This document shows positions 47,590-58,460 of a DNA stretch of 64,000 nucleotides, piece after piece; within the stretch, counting starts at the first letter, position 1; each line of letters starts with the position of its first letter. A model generated the notes under the pieces. The model had not been told where the DNA came from and did no database searches. It saw only the letters and a list, made by a program, of their open reading frames with translations. Location of the stretch: IMG/VR virus record IMGVR_UViG_3300037010_001227, positions 1-64,000 of that record. One strand, written 5' to 3'. Position numbers and translations under genes: made by a program.

Positions 47590-50283
47590 TTAGCTATTAA
47601 TGCTGATTCCCTGACCTTGTGGGAGAATATTAAAAACTTCAACAATCTTCTCGCCAGTTTTTACGGGGACAATACTAATGCTCATACGTAGTTCATTATT
47701 TTCTAATGAAAGAGCAGTATTAACCTTAGGACCAACATCTACGATATAACTACGAATAGCACCCTTATTCTTGTGATCTTCTAAGAGAGTTTCAGCAATG
47801 CCCTTTAATCTCATTGCAGTGATATTATCACCAGGTTCAAACTCAAAGTACTTAGAAGCAGTTGCAACAACTTTACGTAGTTTCAGTAATAGTCTACGAA
47901 CGTTTACACGGTCGAGAGCTGTTGTAGCAATCTGGAGTGTCATTTGACCACGAATATAAGTACCGTAACCAGTTTCATTAACGATTGGGTTAATCTGGTT
48001 AAGAGTTAACTGATCTCTATCTCCCTGATTAAGAGCTCGTTCTGTTCCTACAGCAGCTGCAATATTACCACGATTACGGCCAGCAGGAGCAGAGAAAACA
48101 TCTCCTACAGAGTCATTGTAAGCATACTGAGCAGCAACTAAACCGCTTGGTGGAACATAAATATCTTTTTTATTTACGTCATCAGTGATCTTAACCCAAG
48201 GATAATACATAGCTCCATAGTTATTATTAACACCTAAGATATTTTTACGATACTGAACAGCGTTTTGAACTGATAGACCAAAAGGAGTATCAAGAATACA
48301 CATACAATCGCTTCTATTTTCGCATAAAGCAACCATAGCTTTTGCTACTGCTGGATCTGCTGACCAACCTGGAACAAGTAAGAGGTTTAAGTCTAGTTGT
48401 TCTGGATCTGAGTAAGTATAGATACCAGTCTTATGTTCTGCACTACCGATAATATCATTTCGTGTAATAGCTGAACCAGCGGAACCGCCAGTTAAGAATG
48501 TTCGGAGAGCTGGAGCATATGAGCGACCTGATAACTCATAATTGATACCAAATAAAACACCTTTATTAGTGATGTCTGTTACTAGAACAGGCTCAAAGAA
48601 AAGGTTATCTGATACTGCAAGCGCTTCTGTAGTAACTTCACCAGTTTTTAGGTCAACTAGGTTTGTGGTGCTGTAGTCAATCTGTAGTCTAATTAGATCA
48701 GAATTTAGATTGATGTTATTTTGAATAACTTCTGGAGTTCCAGAATACTGCTCAGAAACAATAAAGTTACTTACTAAAGTTGAATCAGGATCAATATTTG
48801 AAGAAGCCTGCTTTGTGAATACTCTTACTGTATAAACTTTATTTTTCTCAGCATCTAATGAGTCAATATTTACACTGACAGTCACAGCAACATTTGAGAA
48901 GTCACCTTCACCAATACTAGTAAACTTTAAGTATGTTGGAATCTGTAAAAGACCAGCAGTGGTCATATTCCAAGTAGGACGATATAGATTTGTTACGAAT
49001 TCACCAGTAATAGCCATTGGAGTGATGGATACGCCAGTTGCAGGTATTACTGAAGTGTAAGTAGAAGTTGCACCTAATGTTAGAGCAGAGAAAACTAAAG
49101 CTGTTGTAACATTATTGGTGTTTTTAATAGCTGTACTGCTCTTAATACCTTTAGAAGTTCCATCAGCAGCGACTGTGCCTAAACCAATAATACCAGAAGC
49201 AGTAGTTGCGCGAGCATTATGCCAAAGAGCATTAAGATTTGGGAAAGTGCCAACTAGAGGTTCAGGTCCATTAAGGATACTGATTAAACCAGAAATGATA
49301 GTATTGATTAAGTTGAGACTTAAGGAATTATTTGAAGCACTTACTGCATAAAGAGGAACTGAGATTTTGATATCATTTGTATCAAGAGCTACCATAGCTT
49401 CGAGAGCTAGTTTCTTGGCTGCGGCATCTGCACCAGCAAAGATGTCAGCAACTGATGTAGCATCTGCATTAGCATCATAAGTTACTAAAACCTTTCCAGC
49501 AGGAGTATGAGAAGTTGCACCAAGACTAAAGAGAGTTGTACCATCAGCGGGAAGAACAAAAGCGTTACCTAATGTTAATACTGAAGTGGCTGTTTCTTTT
49601 AGTGGTGAATTGAAGGCATTAAAACTTGAAGCATTAACTTTGATCTTAAGGTCTGCACCATCTTCTACTAAATCAGTGATTGTTACAGCACTGTTTTTAC
49701 CAGAACCGGAAGTAATAGTAAATGTTCCACCTTTAACATATTTCTCAACGTAACTAGGATCAGCTACGAAGCTGGCAAGGTCTGCACCTAGTTTACCAAC
49801 AGCAGTTACTGTCTGAGGAACAGTTGTATCGTTGTATACAAAACCAGGAATTACAGTTCCGGCATCCAACTTTACAGTTTTTGCTGGAGATGAGGTTGCT
49901 AGAGAAGCAAAGTCAGTTATAGTAAATGTTGCTTCTGTAGCTGTTGCTGAGTCTAAAGTCCAAGCACCGGCATAAGGTGTGTATGTTTCTGGTAGTAGCA
50001 TAGTAACTTTAGCTACTTTTGCGTCAGCAGCAGCTACTCGGGTAACATAGACACTATTACCCTGGCTTAAGTAGGCTTTTACAGCATAACCTAAGTAGTG
50101 TCGAGGATCTTGGTCACCGAAGATACTTGAAAACTGCGCTGGTGATGTAATTAAAATTGGTGTATTAGAAGGTCCCTTTTCAGAGGTTCCCACCATAGCT
50201 ACTATAGTAGAAGAAAGATTTGAAATGTAATAAGATAAATCATTCTCTTTAGTGTAAACTCCAGGGGAGATAATTTGAGACAT
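47590..50283 (-). CDS. tail sheath protein, T4 gp18-like
   Basis: MSQIISPGVYTKENDLS start; about 897 aa; follows tail tube gene. Confidence 0.92.
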   Translation of the reverse strand: MSQIISPGVYTKENDLSYYISNLSSTIVAMVGTSEKGPSNTPILITSPAQFSSIFGDQDPRHYLGYAVKAYLSQGNSVYVTRVAAADAKVAKVTMLLPETYTPYAGAWTLDSATATEATFTITDFASLATSSPAKTVKLDAGTVIPGFVYNDTTVPQTVTAVGKLGADLASFVADPSYVEKYVKGGTFTITSGSGKNSAVTITDLVEDGADLKIKVNASSFNAFNSPLKETATSVLTLGNAFVLPADGTTLFSLGATSHTPAGKVLVTYDANADATSVADIFAGADAAAKKLALEAMVALDTNDIKISVPLYAVSASNNSLSLNLINTIISGLISILNGPEPLVGTFPNLNALWHNARATTASGIIGLGTVAADGTSKGIKSSTAIKNTNNVTTALVFSALTLGATSTYTSVIPATGVSITPMAITGEFVTNLYRPTWNMTTAGLLQIPTYLKFTSIGEGDFSNVAVTVSVNIDSLDAEKNKVYTVRVFTKQASSNIDPDSTLVSNFIVSEQYSGTPEVIQNNINLNSDLIRLQIDYSTTNLVDLKTGEVTTEALAVSDNLFFEPVLVTDITNKGVLFGINYELSGRSYAPALRTFLTGGSAGSAITRNDIIGSAEHKTGIYTYSDPEQLDLNLLLVPGWSADPAVAKAMVALCENRSDCMCILDTPFGLSVQNAVQYRKNILGVNNNYGAMYYPWVKITDDVNKKDIYVPPSGLVAAQYAYNDSVGDVFSAPAGRNRGNIAAAVGTERALNQGDRDQLTLNQINPIVNETGYGTYIRGQMTLQIATTALDRVNVRRLLLKLRKVVATASKYFEFEPGDNITAMRLKGIAETLLEDHKNKGAIRSYIVDVGPKVNTALSLENNELRMSISIVPVKTGEKIVEVFNILPQGQGISINS

Positions 50284-50316
50284 GTTTTATAATCCTTTTA
50301 AAAACTGAAATTTAAC

Positions 50317-50811
50317 TTAACTTAAAACTATCTTAGCTTCGTCGATTGATAAAACAAGACTAACTTCGATAATTCCGCCGCCCTGTGACCAATCTAATCC
50401 TTGAGGACGGGTAATATCTTTAGGCCAGGCACCGCGAAGTAACCATGACTCAACTACTGAATCATCTGGGCCATACATAAGTAGTGTTAAATCTCTCTTA
50501 TAATCTTTAGGATAACCCATTAAAGAAGTGCTAATATCATAAATCTGACGATGCCACTCTTGTAGAGCCGCTGCTGCCTGATTATCAACGTAGTCAAAGA
50601 ATTTTAAGTTAACGTCACCGTAGGAAACCTTAGCACCAGCTACTTTGTATTTATTATGCATTCTGTGGATTTCGACAGGATCAATATTGATTGAAGGGAA
50701 AGAAACTTGGTTACAAGTTAATCTTAAAGTATCTTCTAAAAGAAGTTCAAATCGTGTTTGTCGTTTGGGTTCCTGCATATTTGAAACCCAACCCATTAAT
50801 CGTTCACTCAT
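50317..50811 (-). CDS. tail tube protein, T4 gp19-like
   Basis: EPKRQTRFEL..GDVNLKFFDY..WHRQIYD..YKRDL..GPD..VESWLLRGAWP. Confidence 0.88.
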   Translation of the reverse strand: MSERLMGWVSNMQEPKRQTRFELLLEDTLRLTCNQVSFPSINIDPVEIHRMHNKYKVAGAKVSYGDVNLKFFDYVDNQAAAALQEWHRQIYDISTSLMGYPKDYKRDLTLLMYGPDDSVVESWLLRGAWPKDITRPQGLDWSQGGGIIEVSLVLSIDEAKIVLS

Positions 50812-50897
50812 AAGTCCACCCTTTTTAGCATTTACGTGATTTTGTGATTACTGCTCAACTTTTAATTACGGGATAGTCCCTATAATTATTCTATTAT

Positions 50898-51414
50898 TTA
50901 ATTACTTGTTATAAAATTAGTCCAATCAGATTCTACTGTCTTTAATCCATATAATGAGTGAAAGTTTTTATGTTCCTTAGCAAGTAAAACTATACCATTG
51001 GTAGGATCAAATAGTTTATCACAAGTTAAGTTGATGTGTAATGATTAACTCAGATACTGAATGACTGTGGTGAATGAACTTCCAGCTTATCCAACTCTCC
51101 GGGCAATTCTGACTTATTTTCTGCTCAAACATATTTTAACAAATTATCTATATTGTTTACATATCCGTTTCTGAAGTTCAAAATTCTCTCTCGGTATGCC
51201 CAGCCATTATTTATACTATTATAATAGTCTGATTTACATTCACAGGATTGCACTTTATTAAGTAAATCATAAAGTCTTACAGAGTTTTATATTTCCACAA
51301 TCACAAAGACATGTATAACCAGTATAATTTCAGGTTCCGTTATTTCTAATGACACGTTTTATTATTAATAGACTATTATATTTTTACCTATATTTTTATC
51401 CAAGGTTCACCCAT
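50898..51414 (-). pseudogene. decayed HNH homing endonuclease
   Basis: Fragments YTCLCDCGNIK, QSCECK and LFDPTNGIVLLAKEHKNFHSLYG..DWTNF with several frameshifts and stops. Confidence 0.7.
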
Positions 51415-51437
51415 TAATGTATCGGGAGTTATAAATA

Positions 51438-51469
51438 AAAAAACAGGCTGCCGAAACAGCCTGTTTTTT
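51438..51469 (-). terminator. strong intrinsic terminator after major capsid gene
   Basis: aaaaaacaggctg-ccgaaa-cagcctgtttttt. Confidence 0.9.
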
Positions 51470-51484
51470 AAGTTGTGTTTATTC

Positions 51485-53026
51485 TTATACGAATAGGTTT
51501 TGGACCTGTAGAACACCTAGGCCATACTTACCATCTAGGAGAGGCTTGTGGTCATAACGTTGCTGTAGACCAACAACTGTTGAGAACATATCACCGCTCA
51601 TTACGTCAACGGTAGGAGGAGTAAGGTAAGTTACATATGGGAAATACGCATAAGGAGCCTTGGTAAGATCCTTAGAAGTATAACCAAGAAGCATTTTGTC
51701 AGACTGTGGGAAATAAGGATTCTTGGCAACTGTGAAGTTGTCAATAACACCAAGCTTCTCTTGACCAACACTGTATTCACCGCCGTGAGAATGATCGGCG
51801 CCAGCTAGCTTGAATCGGTTAGTATTCTGTAGCTTGGTGTAAACATGAGGATGGCAAATAGCGAAGAAATCTTCACCACGGAGATAATCAACTGACATAT
51901 CGTTAGCAAGGAAATTCATCTTGTGAACGAGAGTCTCGTTGAAATCAGCCTGTGTTCCACGGAATAGACCTGAAGCATACTGGGCGTCCCAAGTTGCAAA
52001 CTTACCAGATACACTCATCATAGCCTGTGTTAATTCAAGGTCGATTTCAAGAGCCATTGTTTCAGTCATGGCTGTTACTAGTTCTTTAAGAGCATCTAGT
52101 TTACCATCTGAATAAGCTTCTAAGTCCTGAATTGCTTCAGCTGAAATCTGTGCAAAGTTCTTACGAGCTTTTGCAGTTACTTGAATTAGATCCATTGCGA
52201 AGCTGACTTCTGATAGATCTTTATTGCGTTCTAGACCGATTGAATAATCTAGTTCATAGTGGTAACCAGCGCCTGGGGCTGGAAGACTAGCTGTGGTAGT
52301 CATATCAACTACAGGCTTGGCACCGTTTAAAGAACCGTAACCAGTAATAGTTGTTACTGTAACAGCAGACTTCTTAATTGTACCAGTTCCATCATCAGCA
52401 CCTACGAAAGAACGGTCACGAGGAGTTAGATCGTTAACCTTGTAAATTGCTAATGAACCAGGAATTAGTGGACCGTGCTGTAGAGTAACGGGGCCAGGAG
52501 CTCCAGCTAACTCACCAGAGATTTCCTGTGAAGAATAATTAGGATCTAAACTACCCTTATTACCCTGCCAAGAAGTACTACCAGAAGCACCTTCAGTATA
52601 GAGCTTGTTGTACTGAGGATCGAACCACTCTGCGCCAGCAGCCTGACCATCTTTAGGAGTCTTACGATTTAGACGGAATGTTTGGATGATCTGAGTAGGA
52701 ACATCTAACTGACGAGTAGCTACGAACTTAGTAGCTACAATCTGGGGCATTACCCGCTTAATAATAGTAGGTAACATAGCTTTATTATAACCAGCGACCT
52801 GACTAGAAACTGTGGCTTCCTGTAAAGGAGTTAATGCATACTTCATTGACTGAACAGTGTGCATAAAAACTGTATTACGTAGATTCTCATCCTTAACGTC
52901 TTGTAAAGATTCCATAATAGCTGCCCAGAATGGAGCTTTACCTTTTGCTTTAGCTAGGTTGGAGTCCTTGGCTAAAATCTGTTTTACTTTTTCCTCTAGT
53001 AGAGGTTCATTTCCGCGAAGAAGCAT
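51485..53026 (-). CDS. major capsid protein, T4 gp23-like
   Basis: IIKRVMPQIVA..FVATRQL..PT..I; VTAKARK..S.EAIQDL; LEIDLE; YFPYV; QQRY. Confidence 0.95.
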   Translation of the reverse strand: MLLRGNEPLLEEKVKQILAKDSNLAKAKGKAPFWAAIMESLQDVKDENLRNTVFMHTVQSMKYALTPLQEATVSSQVAGYNKAMLPTIIKRVMPQIVATKFVATRQLDVPTQIIQTFRLNRKTPKDGQAAGAEWFDPQYNKLYTEGASGSTSWQGNKGSLDPNYSSQEISGELAGAPGPVTLQHGPLIPGSLAIYKVNDLTPRDRSFVGADDGTGTIKKSAVTVTTITGYGSLNGAKPVVDMTTTASLPAPGAGYHYELDYSIGLERNKDLSEVSFAMDLIQVTAKARKNFAQISAEAIQDLEAYSDGKLDALKELVTAMTETMALEIDLELTQAMMSVSGKFATWDAQYASGLFRGTQADFNETLVHKMNFLANDMSVDYLRGEDFFAICHPHVYTKLQNTNRFKLAGADHSHGGEYSVGQEKLGVIDNFTVAKNPYFPQSDKMLLGYTSKDLTKAPYAYFPYVTYLTPPTVDVMSGDMFSTVVGLQQRYDHKPLLDGKYGLGVLQVQNLFV

Positions 53027-53118
53027 TTACTTTTTCTCCTTAATATTTAAAAAAGTTGTTTTCTGTTTTAGTAGTTCACTAATGTAATATTTAATTGTTA
53101 TTTTTTATTTACTAGTTA

Positions 53119-53958
53119 TTAAAAAACATCAGTTGGGTCAATCATTTCTTTAGATGTACTAGGAACGGCCTTTTTCTGCTCTGCTACTTTGACTTTTACT
53201 GACTCGGCAAGAGCGATTAACTTCGCTTTGGCGTCATCAACAGTACCAATATTTTCAAGCATAGGCTCGGTAACTGTTTTATTTTCAGTTACTGATTCTA
53301 CTTTTGAGCGTAGTTCATGCTTAATTTTTTCAATTGCTTCTTTTGCTTCAGTTAAAGTTTTTGGTGAAAGTTCTTTTAAAGTATTAACGATTACGACTTG
53401 CTTTTCGAGAGAATAGCCAGCGCATTCTTTAACAACTAAAGTCTGAATATCATCAGAAAGAACTTTAGAACGAAGTTCTTGGTTCTCACGAAGAGCACGA
53501 TTTAGCTTAGTCTTGTATCCTTCAACTACAGCCGCGTTAGAAGCTTCTAATTCAGGAACATTAATGAAGGGAGCCATAATCTTAACGGCTGTAGAAAATG
53601 CTTCAGTAATTTTTGCTGATTGAGTATTAGTTTTTGAATCTTCTGCAATAGCAGTTGTAACCTTAGTTACGGATTCATTAATAAAACCATAAACGTCATT
53701 AGACATTTTCTTGATAGCTTCGTTAAGCTTGGCTTCATTAAAAGCCTTTAACTTCTGCTCATATAAATTTGCTTTAGCTACAAGCATTTTCTTATGTACA
53801 AATAGTTCTTTTTTAACTTTAGCCTTTTCCTCTAGTAACTCAGTCTTGGCTTTATCAAGTTCAGCAGCCTTAGCTTCTGTAGCTTTGATAATCTCAGCTT
53901 CGACTAAATTTTTGATCTGAGGATTTTCTAGTAATTCTTTAATTTGTGAAAGTTCCAT
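53119..53958 (-). CDS. prohead scaffolding/core protein, gp22-like
   Basis: Charged coiled-coil between protease and capsid genes; many L/I-x-E sites. Confidence 0.8.
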   Translation of the reverse strand: MELSQIKELLENPQIKNLVEAEIIKATEAKAAELDKAKTELLEEKAKVKKELFVHKKMLVAKANLYEQKLKAFNEAKLNEAIKKMSNDVYGFINESVTKVTTAIAEDSKTNTQSAKITEAFSTAVKIMAPFINVPELEASNAAVVEGYKTKLNRALRENQELRSKVLSDDIQTLVVKECAGYSLEKQVVIVNTLKELSPKTLTEAKEAIEKIKHELRSKVESVTENKTVTEPMLENIGTVDDAKAKLIALAESVKVKVAEQKKAVPSTSKEMIDPTDVF

Positions 53959-53992
53959 GTTAGTATCACCTACTTAAATTTAGTTGCGGTTT

Positions 53993-54637
53993 TTATTTCT
54001 TGTTTCTTAGGAGTTGTTGGATGTTTGACCTAAAACTGTTCAAATATTCCTGCTCTTCTAAAGCTTGCTGAATGGAATATTTTCTAGATTCATTTACTGC
54101 CTCAACATAAGCATTCTGAGTACTGGGGTCATGCACACAATCAAAAGTGATTAGTTTATATTGTTCTACAATTGTTTCTGGTGAAGACATTAGGCCAGCT
54201 GGTTTTACTGCACCTAGACCACGACTAGAAATACCAACAGTGCAATTGTTTCTAATTAAAGAACCAAGAATTCTACCCTGTGGAGTTCCTGCTGGGCCTG
54301 GATCATCAAATACAATAGCTTCTCCGATTAAATCTGAACCCATAAACTTTAGGTTTGTAATTACGTGACTTACATTTCTAAGAGATACGGTAGGACTTTG
54401 ATCAGCTGGGTGATCTAACTCACCAAACATATTGCGACTGTTTAAACTCTCTTTAACTTCTTCTACTGCTTTATTAAGAACATTAAATGGATAAACTCTA
54501 CCATTATGATTTTTAGCGTCTGCACGTTGAAAAGTACCACGAATTTTTAGAGCTTTCCAAGAAGAACTTAGAGAAATTTGTTCTTCTAAAACTTCAAAGC
54601 CTTTAGAAGAGGCAGTTATATCATATAAAAAAGACAT
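53993..54637 (-). CDS. prohead protease, T4 gp21-like
   Basis: RGTFQRADAKNHNGRVYP, FGELDHP, VSHVI, GISSRGLG, FDCVHDPS. Confidence 0.93.
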   Translation of the reverse strand: MSFLYDITASSKGFEVLEEQISLSSSWKALKIRGTFQRADAKNHNGRVYPFNVLNKAVEEVKESLNSRNMFGELDHPADQSPTVSLRNVSHVITNLKFMGSDLIGEAIVFDDPGPAGTPQGRILGSLIRNNCTVGISSRGLGAVKPAGLMSSPETIVEQYKLITFDCVHDPSTQNAYVEAVNESRKYSIQQALEEQEYLNSFRSNIQQLLRNKK

Positions 54638-55902
54638 TATACTCCTTTGCTTTCTTCATCAGGATTTAATCCAGGAGTCTCTTCAGAACCTTCAGAACCT
54701 TCAGAATTTTCTGTCTTTATGTCTTCTGTATCTTCTAACTCTTCAGATTTATTATCAGGTAACTGAGCATCAATTGAAGATTCATCACCAAAATCATCCG
54801 CAATAGCTTCAGGAGTATGATACTCTGAATCTAAGAAGTAACCAATCATAGGTTGCCAACGAGCTTCAATTTCAGATAGTCTGGCATCTGAAAGTTCTGG
54901 ATTATCTAAACTATCAAGGTCAGCGATAATTGTTTCGTCAAGATCAGGAGGAATATTAGAATCTTCTAGATCACTTGCCTTATCTGTAACAAATTCTTTT
55001 AAGGAATTCAAGATACTCTTTAAAGTCATCTTGTGAAGTTCTCTTACATCTTCCTCAGATAATGAAGAAGGATCAAAAGGTTCAAATTCCTGTGGACCTT
55101 CACCATCGGTAACATCATCATCCATTAAAGCAGGTTCCTCTTGAGTATAATCCTCAGAGTCTACATCACTTTCGTCAGGATATGAGCCACCTTCTAAATC
55201 ATAATCAGAAGTTGATAGTGCATTAAGGTCATCATTAGTATCTTTTAGCTCTTCTACGATAGTATAAAGATATGAGGTAACTGATTCAGCTAAAATATTG
55301 TTGCCAAGAAGAGCATCTGTAATAACAGGCTTAATCTTGTCTTTTCCTAAAGCTAATACGATACCGTGCTCTTCAATTACAGCAGCAAGGGCGCTTAGAT
55401 TCTTATTAGTAATAGCTTCTTCCACAACAGCAGCTGTGAAAAGAGCTTTCTTGAAACCATCTAAGCATTCTGTGGCTTTCTTTCTAATAGAAAAACCCTT
55501 ATTAAACTTAACAAGGTTTTCCATGAAAAGATCAGGACATTTCATTTTTAGAACATTAAACTGATAGAAAGTTTCACAAAATTCTGTCAATTTTTCTTCG
55601 GCAGTTACAAGATCATTGGCAACTAAACTCTCAACAACAGTTGAGAGAAGACCTTTTAGAGTCTTGTTTAATTCTCGTGAAGATACTGTAACTATCTCAT
55701 TCTCTAAAATATGCTCTGAAGTCATAGACTCATTTAGAGGAGTTTTGAAAGTGGCATTAATAAGCTTGCCGCCCTTGATGAATAGTACTGACTTGTCAGT
55801 ATACTCCAAAATAATGCAATCATCAGTTAGAAGATTGGCTAATTTTGAACCAAGAGCTATGTTTCCTGACTTTAAAACACTGACTAGATTTTTTAAGTTC
55901 AT
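54637..55902 (-). CDS. head assembly/core protein with acidic C-terminus
   Basis: 421 aa between portal and protease; Asp/Glu-rich tail. Confidence 0.65.
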   Translation of the reverse strand: MNLKNLVSVLKSGNIALGSKLANLLTDDCIILEYTDKSVLFIKGGKLINATFKTPLNESMTSEHILENEIVTVSSRELNKTLKGLLSTVVESLVANDLVTAEEKLTEFCETFYQFNVLKMKCPDLFMENLVKFNKGFSIRKKATECLDGFKKALFTAAVVEEAITNKNLSALAAVIEEHGIVLALGKDKIKPVITDALLGNNILAESVTSYLYTIVEELKDTNDDLNALSTSDYDLEGGSYPDESDVDSEDYTQEEPALMDDDVTDGEGPQEFEPFDPSSLSEEDVRELHKMTLKSILNSLKEFVTDKASDLEDSNIPPDLDETIIADLDSLDNPELSDARLSEIEARWQPMIGYFLDSEYHTPEAIADDFGDESSIDAQLPDNKSEELEDTEDIKTENSEGSEGSEETPGLNPDEESKGV

Positions 55903-55953
55903 ATTAAATATACCCTATACTCAAGTTTTCTTTTATATTAACAACATTAGTTA

Positions 55954-56515
55954 TTATTTAATTTCGAAGTTTCTACAAACATTTACTATATTAATTCTTG
56001 GAATTCTGGTAACACCGTTTCGCATAACTGGGTCTTTAATACAAAGTTTTTCTGTAAGTATTTTAGCAAGAGCTGTATCCAAACGTTTGTATGCTCCGTC
56101 ATGTGCTTTTAAATAACACTGTCTACATAATATTATTAAATTTTTAGGATTAAAAATATTAGAATCAGTACTGTTTTTATTACCTGGTATTGTATGGTGC
56201 ATGGTTAGCTCGGTTAAAGTATTACACAATTGACAACAGTAAGAATCTCTCTTTAGAGGTTTAATTTTAAAAGTGCATCTTTTGAATGCTTGTAGCATTA
56301 TTCACATATTTACGTTGATATATTTTATATTATTCTGACTTTTTTTACTAAAACTATTTAAAACTTCTTGGATTTTTCTGATATCTTATTTTATTTTTAA
56401 TTTTTATGCACTCTTTACAATCTGAGCCAACACCAATCTGGACACAACTCAGCCTATAAAAATCTGAGGTTGGTTTATTTTTTTTTTTACAAGAATTACA
56501 TGATTTTACAGACAT
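55954..56515 (-). pseudogene. broken HNH homing endonuclease
   Basis: ATG at 56513-56515 opens MSVKSCNSCKKKNKPTSDFY..CKEC, then stops; C-terminal RDSYCCQLC..MHH..NLIILCRQC survives as 55954-56298. Confidence 0.7.
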
Positions 56516-56516
56516 A

Positions 56517-58430
56517 CTAGTCTTTTAAAAATTTAAGTTTTTCTTTGTTGTGCTCGAACAGACTTGTATATTCATTGGTGTATTCCTTGGGGTATTTCAC
56601 CTTATGAACTACAGATAGTAATTGACCCTCATGTAGTACTTTAGATGTTCCACTATAATATCTGCCTTGGGTAATTGGTTGAGAAGCTTCTAATGGAGCT
56701 GGTGTTCCAGCCGCGCCCATTGGTGAATTTCCCATTTGCATTGAAGCATCTGCTCCCATTGCATTTGGTTGACCCATATCAGGCATTGGTTGTTCTGCTC
56801 CCATATCTCCACCTAAATCTTCACCCATATCCATTCCACTACCCATTCCTGGTAATCCTCCTCCGCCAGTAGCATTTTCCTGTGGATTAAGTGGATCTGG
56901 TTTTAGCATCTCTACTACTTCAGCATCAGTTTTACGAAGAACATTCTTAATGATCCACTCAGTATTAACATGCATACTCTGATAACTAGTGGCTAAGTTT
57001 AGTAATTCTGATTCTACTTCAATACGAGATTTCTCTTCAATATAAGAAGGACGAGTCATTACTAAGTCGAAAGATGTAAGTTCTTCTTTAGAAGAAATAC
57101 CCTTTACTGCTAAATGAATAATACAAAGATCCTTAATAGTTTCTAAGAAATCTTCTTGAATATTTTGAATAGCTTTACCAAAAGTTACGTTCTGCTGAGA
57201 TAGTGTAGCCTTACCATTAATATCTCCCTCGAAACCAAGGAAGGCTTTTGGAACTTTTAACGCACTAAATAAACGATTATTTAAATAGTTTAAATCTTCA
57301 ATGTCACCAATATTCTGAGCACCTGACATCATCTCAACTTTAGAACCAGCATTATTCTTTCCAATAGGAATAAAAATATTAGCATTCATATCTAATAGTT
57401 GATAACGTTCGTTAATACGTCCAGAAGGATCAAAGAATTCTTTCTTGTTAATAGCATTAATCTGCTTTTTAACAATATTTTCAATATCTGCACCTTGATT
57501 ATTACCTACATCTACGTAGAAAACCATTCGTGAAGGTGCTCTATTAAGACGATAGATAATAACAGAATCTACCATCAAATCTAGTTTCTTCCAGATATCA
57601 ATAGAAGATTCTAATACTGAAGTTCCATAAGGTTCAAATGTTCCACGTCCACGAAGTCTAAAATGGGCCAATTCGTATTTCATGAAAGGAACGATGTCCT
57701 CATTATCTTCATCGTCACCAGTAACACTATGTTTTTTGCCAGCTAGGTAAGGTCTTACTAACACATTTAGATCAATAAAAGGACTTGAGGTTCCCATGTT
57801 AGAAGCATACTGAGACATTTGATATCTAAATACTTCCATGTCTTGAATGTAACCCTGTAGCTCACCATCTTGTTCTACACGATAAATAGACCGTGGATCT
57901 AAATGAGTAAGTTTAACAATCCCACGATTTGAATCTATTTTAATGGAATCAAAACGGTCACCATACTTACACATGTCTCTCACAATTGACCACGAACGGT
58001 AATTATTAAGACCTGTTACTTCTAACATTTCTGTTAGCTCATCTTGAATATATCGTGATTGACTATAAACACCGATTACTACATTGTTTTGATTTTTCTG
58101 TGTAGCTTCATTTGCATATACATCTAAAGCAGAAGCAATCAAATCACTATCCATCTTTTCATACAATGCATATCGTGATTGTCTTACATTTTCACGTTCC
58201 AAGTATCTATGATAATTTTGACCTTCGCTCTTATCAACGAAAACACCAGTTCCAATACCTTTATTGGCAATGATATTTGGTTCCCAAGCAGGAACTGTTG
58301 CAGAGGGTCTGTTGGTTGTAGCTAACGCTTGTTCGACAGACTTACGAGTATCAAATTCGTTTGGTTTATTTTTGCTAAATATCTTACTAATCGCGGTAAA
58401 AATATTTTTAACTTTACCTGATTCAGCCAT
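56517..58430 (-). CDS. portal protein, T4 gp20-like
   Basis: IASALDVYANEA, IYRLNRAPSRMVFYVDVGN, GAQNIGDIEDLNY..LF.ALKVP; Met/Gly/Pro-rich tail. Confidence 0.95.
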   Translation of the reverse strand: MAESGKVKNIFTAISKIFSKNKPNEFDTRKSVEQALATTNRPSATVPAWEPNIIANKGIGTGVFVDKSEGQNYHRYLERENVRQSRYALYEKMDSDLIASALDVYANEATQKNQNNVVIGVYSQSRYIQDELTEMLEVTGLNNYRSWSIVRDMCKYGDRFDSIKIDSNRGIVKLTHLDPRSIYRVEQDGELQGYIQDMEVFRYQMSQYASNMGTSSPFIDLNVLVRPYLAGKKHSVTGDDEDNEDIVPFMKYELAHFRLRGRGTFEPYGTSVLESSIDIWKKLDLMVDSVIIYRLNRAPSRMVFYVDVGNNQGADIENIVKKQINAINKKEFFDPSGRINERYQLLDMNANIFIPIGKNNAGSKVEMMSGAQNIGDIEDLNYLNNRLFSALKVPKAFLGFEGDINGKATLSQQNVTFGKAIQNIQEDFLETIKDLCIIHLAVKGISSKEELTSFDLVMTRPSYIEEKSRIEVESELLNLATSYQSMHVNTEWIIKNVLRKTDAEVVEMLKPDPLNPQENATGGGGLPGMGSGMDMGEDLGGDMGAEQPMPDMGQPNAMGADASMQMGNSPMGAAGTPAPLEASQPITQGRYYSGTSKVLHEGQLLSVVHKVKYPKEYTNEYTSLFEHNKEKLKFLKD

Positions 58431-58460
58431 TCTTAAATCCTTCTATTTATTTAATTTTGA

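Noticed and set aside
6247-56515. Genome-wide sequencing error as the cause of broken genes
   Set aside because: Lesions cluster in five patches while tens of kb of core genes are intact; local low-coverage error is not excluded without reads
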